This document shows, piece after piece, positions 45,463 to 52,827 of a DNA stretch of 52,827 bases. The notes under the pieces were generated by a model. The model searched no databases, was not told where the DNA came from, and was given only the letters and a program-made list of their open reading frames with translations. Origin of the DNA: Candidatus Aenigmatarchaeota archaeon. GTDB taxonomy: Archaea > Aenigmatarchaeota > Aenigmatarchaeia > Aenigmatarchaeales > Aenigmatarchaeaceae. Numbering within the stretch: the stretch's first letter is position 1; every line of letters starts with the position of its first letter. Position numbers and translations under genes: made by a program. The stretch is from the NCBI GenBank assembly GCA_043814985.1, contig JBDRJK010000013.1:1-52827 (forward strand), written 5' to 3'.

Positions 45463-47457
45463 AAATAATCTGGTATGGTCTTTTGAATAATAGTAAATAA
45501 CCTTTTTCTTGATTGTCTGTGCTCCAAGCCTGTTGATTATTATGAATACTGCTGCCGCAAAAACAACTACAACGATTATTGGAATCAAAAGGTTGAACTC
45601 CTCTTTTTTCTCTTGTGTTGTCAAGAGGTATTCCTCGGAGTTTGACCATTCATTATCAGTGTCATTGACAAATACCCTCCATCCTATGACAAGACCTGTG
45701 GCAGGGTTCAAATCCTTAAGAACCTCGACATAATCCTCTGTTCCCGACAATGATGACCAAGAATCATTCACCCACGTTCCACTGTTGTTCGTGGAGAATA
45801 TGAAGCCGGACAAACCATTATCATCCTGAACCTCAATTGAAAACATAACCTCCTCGCCTGCCACACTATTGTTTACATTGTGAGATGAATAATAAGGGGG
45901 TGTGTTAGGAACAGGTTCTTCATACTGAACAGTCAATGCCATTTCCGACGTTGCTATTTTTGTTGCACTGCCTGCCTTTCCAGTCACCCTTATTTCTACG
46001 TAGTGCTTTTTCACGTCAGCATTTGAGGGAATGTCAAAATTTATTTTTATTATGGTCGATCCCCCAGTAAGTAGGGCATTAGGTACATTTTCTATTGTAT
46101 ACCAATTAGAATCGATGCCCGTTAAGCTAACCTTAATGTCAGTGATAGTTTCATCCAAAGTGCTTGAGAGATTAAAGGTTCCCTGCCCACTCTCGCCAAT
46201 ATTTATTCTTAGGGATGATACATGAGTTATCTTGAATTCCTTTTTGATTACTGGCTTCTCCCCTTCTTTCGGCAAGACAACAATAGTCTTGTTGACACTC
46301 TGTTCCGAGTAATTATGATTCCCTTCAGTATCGCATATGTACAAATATGCTCCAACAGGAAGCGTTGAAACATCGGTTCTTGAAAGAGCGCTTGTGTTTC
46401 CTATTTTGGTTGAATTCCTGCGAAGCTCGAAATCACCAATATCTATTTGGCCCGTGTTAGAATAACAAGTCACCACTGTTGTCGTACCGTTATTAACTTC
46501 CTCAAAGGGGACATAAAAAGTCAGTGCACGAGCTTTGTAGATATTATAGACCTTCTTAGTGGTATTGTTTCCCATGTTTGAGATGTCCTTGGCGAACCAC
46601 ATGTAGGATATGTTCCTAGCCCTTATGTCTGTAATATTTATCCAATATGAATTGCCGTCATTATTAATCTTAGGAGTCGTGCTTGTCGTATAATTTTTCT
46701 TGGATCCCGTGAAATTGGATTCGAACTTGACCTCAGTTAGGTCAGCATCAAACCAGCTTATTCTGAAGTTATATGTTCCATTTTGCGAGTATAATGAGCT
46801 GTATGGTGGGCTTGTGGTTTCCTCTGAATATCTTGGAGCAAGGTTGTCAAAATAATAAGTTGATGAGGAAGATGTGTAGTTCTCATTACCATCCCAACTT
46901 CCTATAAGATTGAAAAAACCCTGGGTGGTGAGGTTCAGTATTCTGTATATTACTGAGTTATGGTCCTCAGTGTCTAAACCAGGATAGTTGGAGTTCAGGT
47001 GAACAGTCATTCCTGGTATGTCCAAATAGACAGTGAAGTTGGCCACTCCATTATGTTTATAGCTCCTGTTGCTTTGGCTCCCGTTCAATATCAATGTTAT
47101 GGGAAATGATGAATTTTTTAGAATACTATAAGATTCAGTGAAGGTTATGATACCGTCTGTATTGTTTACATACCATTTGTAAGAATAATCTCCTGTTGCC
47201 AAATCAGTTAGATTAAACCAGTATAGGTCACCACTATTCTGAACTGCTGGTGCGGTGTCATTAGTATAATTAACACCACTCCATTCGAAAGTCACATTTG
47301 AGACATTGGATATGTCATTAACATCTATCTGAAAGCCGTAATTCCTGTCAGGAGCGTATTCGGAATTTGTTGGAACAGATGTGCTTGTATCAACAGCCTC
47401 TGCTATCAAAAGCATGCTCAAAAGAAATACAAGCAAACATAATAGGAGTAATTTCAT
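45454..47457 (-). CDS. Secreted, C-terminally anchored Ig-fold surface glycoprotein
   Basis: Signal peptide, many N-x-S/T sequons, repeated Y.W..ND beta motifs, C-terminal TM. Confidence 0.8.
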   Translation of the reverse strand: MKLLLLCLLVFLLSMLLIAEAVDTSTSVPTNSEYAPDRNYGFQIDVNDISNVSNVTFEWSGVNYTNDTAPAVQNSGDLYWFNLTDLATGDYSYKWYVNNTDGIITFTESYSILKNSSFPITLILNGSQSNRSYKHNGVANFTVYLDIPGMTVHLNSNYPGLDTEDHNSVIYRILNLTTQGFFNLIGSWDGNENYTSSSSTYYFDNLAPRYSEETTSPPYSSLYSQNGTYNFRISWFDADLTEVKFESNFTGSKKNYTTSTTPKINNDGNSYWINITDIRARNISYMWFAKDISNMGNNTTKKVYNIYKARALTFYVPFEEVNNGTTTVVTCYSNTGQIDIGDFELRRNSTKIGNTSALSRTDVSTLPVGAYLYICDTEGNHNYSEQSVNKTIVVLPKEGEKPVIKKEFKITHVSSLRINIGESGQGTFNLSSTLDETITDIKVSLTGIDSNWYTIENVPNALLTGGSTIIKINFDIPSNADVKKHYVEIRVTGKAGSATKIATSEMALTVQYEEPVPNTPPYYSSHNVNNSVAGEEVMFSIEVQDDNGLSGFIFSTNNSGTWVNDSWSSLSGTEDYVEVLKDLNPATGLVIGWRVFVNDTDNEWSNSEEYLLTTQEKKEEFNLLIPIIVVVVFAAAVFIIINRLGAQTIKKKVIYYYSKDHTRLFSS

Positions 47458-47501
47458 ATTAATATATAAGAGATATTATAAATTAAAAATAAGGTGAATA
47501 T

Positions 47502-47699
47502 ATGTTTTTGAGAAAGAAAAAAGCGACAAAGAAAAAGCCCAAAAGAAAGACAGCAAAGAAGAAACCAGCTTTCGGCGGCTACATGATAAAGCCGGACGAG
47601 AACTTTGCAAAGATAGTCGGGAGCAAGCCATTGTCTCCCTCTCAGATGACAAAGCAGGTCTGGGTCTACATCAAGAAGAAGAAGCTTGCAAATAAGTGA
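47502..47699 (+). CDS. SWIB/MDM2-domain protein with Lys-rich N-terminus
   Basis: P...FAKIVG..PLS..QMTKQVWVYIKKKKL matches the SWIB consensus. Confidence 0.8.
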   Translation: MFLRKKKATKKKPKRKTAKKKPAFGGYMIKPDENFAKIVGSKPLSPSQMTKQVWVYIKKKKLANK

Positions 47700-47768
47700 A
47701 GCAGTCGGACTTTGAAAAAGTGCAAATTCTGTAAGATTTAAAAATGTAGGAATATCTAAAATTCTTAG

Positions 47769-47923
47769 GCCGCTGTGGCAGAACCAGGTTAATGCGCCAG
47801 ACTTGAGGACAAATGATTAGATGGCTTGACTCTGATTAGCGGAGCATGAAGAGTGATAGGCGGAATGATGTCAAGTTATCTGGTGCCCGCAAGGGCTTGC
47901 AGGTTCAAATCCTGCCGGCGGCG
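47769..47923 (+). tRNA. tRNA-Ser(TGA) with 70-nt 37/38 intron (47808-47877)
   Basis: GCCGCTG/CGGCGGC acceptor, G73; CCAGA-CT-TGA-G|A-TCTGG; variable arm GCCC-GCAA-GGGC; BHB central helix CTTG/CAAG. Confidence 0.93.
47808..47877 (+). ncRNA. Intron-encoded box C/D guide sRNA
   Basis: Terminal stem GACA/TGTC; C box ATGATTA (47813-19); 12-nt guide; D' CTGA (47832-35); C' ATGAAGA (47846-52); 12-nt guide; D ATGA (47865-68). Confidence 0.82.
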
Positions 47924-47957
47924 CCTCTTTTTTATTTAGAAAAATAAATAAAGTTAT

Positions 47958-48305
47958 ATGGTATTTTTAGCCCAGATGATACCGTTTTCAGCAAGTTCCA
48001 TAATATCTATTGCTATCAGTATTGGCTTCAGCGCAGCGACAGTCTGGCTGAGCGCGCAACTTGTCACAGGCAGCGCATCATTGAAGGGTGCACTAATATT
48101 CTCTGTGCTGGCATACATAGTCCTCTATTTCTTGGTATTCATTCCAATACCATCAATCCCCTTTGTCAGTCTAACGATTCTAATTGAAGTACTGCTAAAA
48201 AGCCTGTTTGCTATGAAGTTCTTCAATACAGACTTCCGCAAGGGAATATCCATAGCAGGCGTGCAAACCCTGTTCGGCTTCATGCTTATTATACCCTACT
48301 TCTAG
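47958..48305 (+). CDS. Hypothetical 4-TM membrane protein
   Basis: Nearly entirely hydrophobic 115-aa ORF. Confidence 0.75.
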   Translation: MVFLAQMIPFSASSIISIAISIGFSAATVWLSAQLVTGSASLKGALIFSVLAYIVLYFLVFIPIPSIPFVSLTILIEVLLKSLFAMKFFNTDFRKGISIAGVQTLFGFMLIIPYF

Positions 48306-48308
48306 CCT

Positions 48309-49550
48309 TTAATTGGTCCTTACGCTTGAAACCTTCTTGGTCTTTTCCATTTTAGTATCAATTCTCTTCATTTTCCTTCCCACTATGGAGACGCCGAGTG
48401 TAGAAACAACAACGCTGGCAATTATAACAACGATTATTATGTCAGGGAATATCTCGGAGCCTGGGATGTTGGATGCCCTGACAACCTCTGCAAGAACTGC
48501 TGCTGCCAGACCCCTTCCCATAACAGATGTCATTAACATCTTGTTGCCCTCCAGTATCTTGTCTTTGAAGGACATAGCAGTGACCGAAACATATCTTGCC
48601 GCGAACAGGATGACAGTTATTATTATGCCTAAAAAGATGGCTGTGTAATTGTTCACAGCGAATATAAGGCCGATGAATACAAAGAAGAAGGTCCTTGTGA
48701 AGAAAGATATCTGGGACTGGAACTTCTTCATTACCTTGCTTGCTTCTACCCGCTCTTTAATACCAAGAACCCTGAAAATTCTTATCCCATTACCTAAAAC
48801 AAGGCCGAATGTAAGGGCGAATATGGCGCCGTTGCCTCCCAATGATTCTGTTACTGAATAAAACAGAAGCACAACAGCCAAGGTCAGTATGTCATCATAT
48901 ATCTCCTTCTTTATGGACCTCATTATCTTCAACCAGAAAACACCGAAAACCAAGCCTATGACAATGGCAATTGAGAAAGCTCCTGCAATCTTATTGGTTG
49001 CTTCGTAAAGTCCCCCGTTGATAGGGCTTATTAAAAATTGTAGAATAGTCAAGCCAAAAACAACAACCAAGGCATCGGTAAAAGCTGACTCCAGGCTTAG
49101 GATGGTAGATATCTTGTCATTGACCTTTATTCTAGTTATGAGGGGGATGACAACGGATGAGCTTATGCCGCCCAATATTGCTCCCAGAAGCATGCCGTTC
49201 ATGAACTCCCACTGCAGGATGAAGTGGGTGTAGAATGTGACAAAGGACATTGAAAGAAAAAAACCTACTATTGTTAAGGCTGTTGCCCTAGGGCTGTCCT
49301 CCAAGACCTTCTTTATGTTAAGGTTGAGGCCGCCGTCGAAAAGTATTATAACCAGTGCTAGTGATGCGAAAATCTCTGAGAAGGGGTTAAGCAAGACAGG
49401 GTCTATTATCTTGAATATTGGACCTAGCAAGAAGCCCACTGCGACCAGGATTATTATGTCAGGCACACTTGTTCTTTTAAATAGATAGTTTCCTATAAAA
49501 CCTAAGATTAGGATTATGCCAGCCAGTGCAAAGGTCAGAATCACAGACAT
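48309..49550 (-). CDS. Cation/H+ antiporter (CPA1, NhaP-like)
   Basis: ILFDGG, LSLESAFTD, MGRGLAAAVLA motifs; about 12-13 TMs. Confidence 0.92.
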   Translation of the reverse strand: MSVILTFALAGIILILGFIGNYLFKRTSVPDIIILVAVGFLLGPIFKIIDPVLLNPFSEIFASLALVIILFDGGLNLNIKKVLEDSPRATALTIVGFFLSMSFVTFYTHFILQWEFMNGMLLGAILGGISSSVVIPLITRIKVNDKISTILSLESAFTDALVVVFGLTILQFLISPINGGLYEATNKIAGAFSIAIVIGLVFGVFWLKIMRSIKKEIYDDILTLAVVLLFYSVTESLGGNGAIFALTFGLVLGNGIRIFRVLGIKERVEASKVMKKFQSQISFFTRTFFFVFIGLIFAVNNYTAIFLGIIITVILFAARYVSVTAMSFKDKILEGNKMLMTSVMGRGLAAAVLAEVVRASNIPGSEIFPDIIIVVIIASVVVSTLGVSIVGRKMKRIDTKMEKTKKVSSVRTN

Positions 49551-49699
49551 AAATAAAATATCAGATAAGTTAAATATAAACCTTCCCAGAAAGAAAGCCT
49601 TTGATAAGATTCTTTGAATACCCTATAGAGTTATTGGTCTTCTAAGGATTTAAATCTATTTTGGAAAAGGCTTAAAAGCTTTACTTAATTACTATTTTT

Positions 49700-50194
49700 A
49701 TGAGCATAGGTCTAAAACCTGAATTGTATTCTTGTCTTAAGATGCTAGAGACACTAGAAGATAGATGTGTAAAGATATACAACTCAAAAAATTGGGACTA
49801 TAGAATCGCTTCTGCTCTTATAGGTAGGTATTTGAGCATACGCAGTATACTCTTAAACCATCTAAAAGAAGAACAAGGAAGATTCATACCAAATGTAAAA
49901 AGTGAAATAGTTACTTTCGGTGAAGAAGAAGCTGCTTCTCTTATCCAAGAAATTTTAACAGCTTCAGCACTAGCATCTTCTTATTTGAGGTCTCTGGGTG
50001 GAAGCTTGGAAAAAGAACTGGAAGACAAAAAGAAAGAGCTGGGACTAAAGGAAAAGGAGATGAATTCCCTTAAGAAGATACTGAAAGACTCCTTAGAAGC
50101 AGTGGGTGAGCTTCCCGAGGTTCAAAGGTCTAAGGCTGTGGCTGACTGGAAGAAGAGCCATAGGGACATTGAGAAAAACTCTAGGAAGAAATAA
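49700..50194 (+). CDS. Hypothetical coiled-coil protein
   Basis: 164-aa helical ORF with TATA-like element upstream. Confidence 0.65.
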   Translation: MSIGLKPELYSCLKMLETLEDRCVKIYNSKNWDYRIASALIGRYLSIRSILLNHLKEEQGRFIPNVKSEIVTFGEEEAASLIQEILTASALASSYLRSLGGSLEKELEDKKKELGLKEKEMNSLKKILKDSLEAVGELPEVQRSKAVADWKKSHRDIEKNSRKK

Positions 50195-50239
50195 GCTTAT
50201 TAATACTTAGCAAGGAAGGATAATTGGGAGGTGTGAAAA

Positions 50240-50443
50240 ATGGCTACAGATGAAGAAATAAGAAAAATATCTGGAAAAATAGAAAAAGTAAAAACAGGAC
50301 TTGTAATTCTTTGTGATACTGAAGGAACTATATCTCTAGAAACAATAGGAAAACTAACATCTATGGAATTACTTGGAATTATATCTCTTTTAAAAGACAA
50401 GAAAATAGAAGATTTTCCAATAATAATTGAAAAATCATTATAA
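50240..50443 (+). CDS. Small hypothetical protein
   Basis: Strong GGAGGTGTG RBS upstream. Confidence 0.65.
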   Translation: MATDEEIRKISGKIEKVKTGLVILCDTEGTISLETIGKLTSMELLGIISLLKDKKIEDFPIIIEKSL

Positions 50444-50624
50444 CTAAAAAAGAATAGTTCAACAGTTGTCTGATAACAGAGTTCTATCAGAAAACCGATA
50501 GCTTTATCATTCGGATAGATATGACTATTCAATACGAAAAATCAATCGACTTTTAGTTTTTAAACTTAGTTCTACGCCAACACAACAATTAGGTTAGGTG
50601 ATGTTATGGAAAATGGTGATAAAT

Positions 50625-50744
50625 ATGGTCAGAGAAATTGGAAGGGTTGTAGTCCCAAAAAAAAGAAATGAATTTGAAGATGAATCATATTCTGAATTTG
50701 CATTGAGAGTTATGAGAAAGATGAGAGGTATTGATGATGTCTAG
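50625..50744 (+). CDS. Small hypothetical protein (39 aa)
   Basis: Manual translation MVREIGRVVVPKKRNEFEDESYSEFALRVMRKMRGIDDV; GGTGA RBS; overlaps the next gene. Confidence 0.45.
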   Translation: MVREIGRVVVPKKRNEFEDESYSEFALRVMRKMRGIDDV

Positions 50745-50937
50745 GGAAGATGTTGTTGCAGAAATTGACCTTGAAGAAGCTGTCATTAAGATAGCAAAAG
50801 CCAAAGGAATAAACAAGTCAGCAGATGATTTAATCAGACAGTATTTGACAGACCCTAAAGTGATGACAGACCAGATTGAGATGAGTAATGACATTGCAAA
50901 AGCAGGGAAGAAGGAAAAACGAATTTATTGGTATTAG
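50737..50937 (+). CDS. Small hypothetical protein, RHH-like
   Basis: IAKAKGINKSADDLIRQYL helix-helix pattern. Confidence 0.5.
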   Translation: MSREDVVAEIDLEEAVIKIAKAKGINKSADDLIRQYLTDPKVMTDQIEMSNDIAKAGKKEKRIYWY

Positions 50938-50938
50938 C

Positions 50939-51181
50939 ATGAAAGGCAAGTCAAGGAATGTCTATATTAATAATGATAACTTGGAATTTTTGGAAGGATT
51001 GGCTAGGGACAATGATAGTAATGTCTCAAAGCAATTGAATAACGTACTCGACAGTGTTCGGGGGATAGACTTGGAAGAGATGATAAGGAATCTGGCTATT
51101 TTGAAAGAGGTGGATAAATATGGAAATCTTGAAGAGCGTATTCAAAAATTGGAAGATGAGAAAAATGGACAAAAAATTTGA
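50939..51181 (+). CDS. Ribbon-helix-helix-like DNA-binding protein with coiled-coil tail
   Basis: SRNVYINNDNLEFLEGLARDNDSNVSKQLNNVLD fits a beta-helix-helix RHH pattern. Confidence 0.55.
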   Translation: MKGKSRNVYINNDNLEFLEGLARDNDSNVSKQLNNVLDSVRGIDLEEMIRNLAILKEVDKYGNLEERIQKLEDEKNGQKI

Positions 51182-51809
51182 GAGTGCTGTATCATTCTTT
51201 CAGACAATGAAAGGGTTGAGACCTGCATCAAATGTCAAGCTGAAGGAATTGCAAAGAATGTTCGAGTTGCCAGATGTCCAAAGTGTGAAAGATGCTTGGA
51301 ATGAGAGCGTCAAAAGGAAGACCTCAAAAACAAGAGAGCATCAAAAAAGAATGAAGGACTTGTGGAAGACTTGGGAAACCAACTGGAACAAGAGAGTATT
51401 TTTCACTGTTGAAAGTCCGAGCATTGTAAAGAGGACTGCAAAAGAGAACAAGGTTTGGATTCCTAAACCTTTTGATTGCAATGGCAAGTTCAAGTGTCTT
51501 GGCTGGGTCATCGGTGGGGACAGAAGCATGGACAAACCAAGCTTCACGAAGATGCCAGAATCACAATACGAAGGCAAGTATCCAGATTCAAAGTGTGATA
51601 ATGAATTGAACATACTTGAAAAGATATTTCCTTTTTTCAAAGAGTATGTTCCAAGAGAGCCGAGTGGTGATGTCTTAGAGTTCAATGAGTTCAGGCACAA
51701 GGTATTCTTGGCAAGGATACCAAACCAGAGAGGAAAAGGCTACGAGTATGATGTCGTGTGTAGGAAGTGTGGGACTCACTATAAGATTTATGCAAGAGTT
51801 CTGATTTAG
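51165..51809 (+). CDS. Hypothetical protein with C-terminal CxxC (MGE-like)
   Basis: 214-aa ORF overlapping the upstream gene; VCRKCGTHY. Confidence 0.65.
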   Translation: MDKKFESAVSFFQTMKGLRPASNVKLKELQRMFELPDVQSVKDAWNESVKRKTSKTREHQKRMKDLWKTWETNWNKRVFFTVESPSIVKRTAKENKVWIPKPFDCNGKFKCLGWVIGGDRSMDKPSFTKMPESQYEGKYPDSKCDNELNILEKIFPFFKEYVPREPSGDVLEFNEFRHKVFLARIPNQRGKGYEYDVVCRKCGTHYKIYARVLI

Positions 51810-51910
51810 AATAGGTACTCACAGTCCCAAGCAGACAAGCATGAGAATTGACCTACCAAACTACCTTCTTTTCAAATAACTTTTTAAAGTATTGTTTATA
51901 GAAGTAAAGT

Positions 51911-52069
51911 ATGGTTTGTATATCAGAGATAAATGCCTTGATAAGCTTGCTCATCATGGTTGGCGTGTTGTCCCAGAAAGAAATGAGAGCAACAATCAAG
52001 GACAATGACTGGATAGTTTTTGTAATCATCATGCTCATAGCCACCAGCATTATTAATTTGAAATGCTAG
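51911..52069 (+). CDS. Small 2-TM hypothetical protein (52 aa)
   Basis: Manual translation MVCISEINALISLLIMVGVLSQKEMRATIKDNDWIVFVIIMLIATSIINLKC; TATA-like element upstream. Confidence 0.4.
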   Translation: MVCISEINALISLLIMVGVLSQKEMRATIKDNDWIVFVIIMLIATSIINLKC

Positions 52070-52458
52070 AGACCAACAGCCGAGCATGACCAATGGATAA
52101 GCGTTTGGATAGCCTGAAATCAGGTGAGCTGTGTAATTCTGTGAAGCGTGTGCAGGATTTCAAGAACCATTTGACAATACAAAAAAGTATTGACAAGTTG
52201 GGATATTTTTTTAAATGACAGATATGTAAATATTGGCATGAGTATTTTAAAGATGATAGGAACAGGACTGACAATCCTAGTGCTTATAGCAGTTTTGCTT
52301 TCCCTCTGACCACCAGATGATTGTCTCTTTTTTCCCCTAGTTGTTGCCCTGATGATACAGTGATTCCAGCCAGATTACAATATCCAAATCCATAGGTGAA
52401 ATGTCAGCTATTTTCCCCTTATATTTTTTTGACCACTTCGGGTGGTAAAATCAGGGAT

Positions 52459-52818
52459 TTAAGGATTACAATTATTGACATCACAAAAACAAACAGTTAC
52501 TTTACTTGTTTCGTTCGGTTCTATTAAATTATAGACTGTAGAATTGTAATCGTCAATACAGGTATTCTTACAATATGTAAAAGGTTCTCTTCCGAAAGAA
52601 GCTCCTGATTCATATGCCTTTACAAAGTTAGGTTCGCATTGAATCCTTGAAATAAACCCTAAAATTTCTTTATTATAACTAAAAATAAAATAAAAAGCAA
52701 TAGCAATTAGAATTATAGCTAAAATAAAATTAACTGGCATTTTGTTTTTTTCAACCACTCTAGTTGATTTAGGAATTTTTGGAGTAAATGTTGGAAACAT
52801 AAGTTTCTTTCCTTCCAT
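52459..52818 (-). CDS. Hypothetical single-TM protein with extracellular Cys cluster (start may lie outside the window)
   Basis: TM helix followed by C..C...C...CFC...C. Confidence 0.6.
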   Translation of the reverse strand: MEGKKLMFPTFTPKIPKSTRVVEKNKMPVNFILAIILIAIAFYFIFSYNKEILGFISRIQCEPNFVKAYESGASFGREPFTYCKNTCIDDYNSTVYNLIEPNETSKVTVCFCDVNNCNP

Positions 52819-52827
52819 CTTATCCAA

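Noticed and set aside
47820..47864. Cis-guided methylation of the host tRNA-Ser, or targeting of the tRNA-Gln D-loop (GGUCAAG)
   Set aside because: No complementarity to tRNA-Ser exons; only 7 nt match to tRNA-Gln, too short for a guide duplex.
52238..52363. Hydrophobic micro-ORF with in-frame TGA (MSILKMIG...LLSL*PPDD...) suggesting readthrough
   Set aside because: TGA is used as a normal stop in many core genes here; no SECIS-like evidence; more likely a decayed or spurious ORF.
1..52827. CRISPR array, rRNA genes, transposases, integrase
   Set aside because: No regularly spaced repeats, rRNA-like segments or recognisable recombinase/transposase motifs were seen.

Overview
Archaeal chromosomal window, most consistent with a DPANN lineage (possibly Aenigmarchaeota-like; this assignment is inference from divergent EF-2/uS12, compact intergenic regions and BHB-intron tRNAs). 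Left to right it contains: a minus-strand surface-protein block (a >1100-aa Cys-rich secreted protein running off the left edge and absent from the ORF track, a membrane protein, a membrane-anchored clan-CD protease); PINA ATPase; a LAGLIDADG gene plus a two-intron tRNA-Arg(CCT); a type IV pilus-like cluster; regulators; thrS; tRNA-Gln; the str cluster; a second LAGLIDADG gene plus tRNA-Ser(GGA); an orphan Pycsar-effector-like gene; the S10/spc ribosomal superoperon with several inserted accessory genes; secY-adk-DUF106; cbf5; a SWIB protein; tRNA-Ser(TGA); a cation/H+ antiporter; and a run of small MGE-like ORFs. All four tRNAs carry BHB introns. The two strongest observations are (1) the 70-nt tRNA-Ser(TGA) intron is a complete box C/D guide RNA with two 12-nt guides that do not match its own tRNA, and (2) both free-standing LAGLIDADG genes abut tRNAs that carry the non-canonical 30/31 intron and are flanked by tRNA-like remnants, suggesting a tRNA-targeting homing system. 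No database searches were run; family calls rest on recognised motifs.
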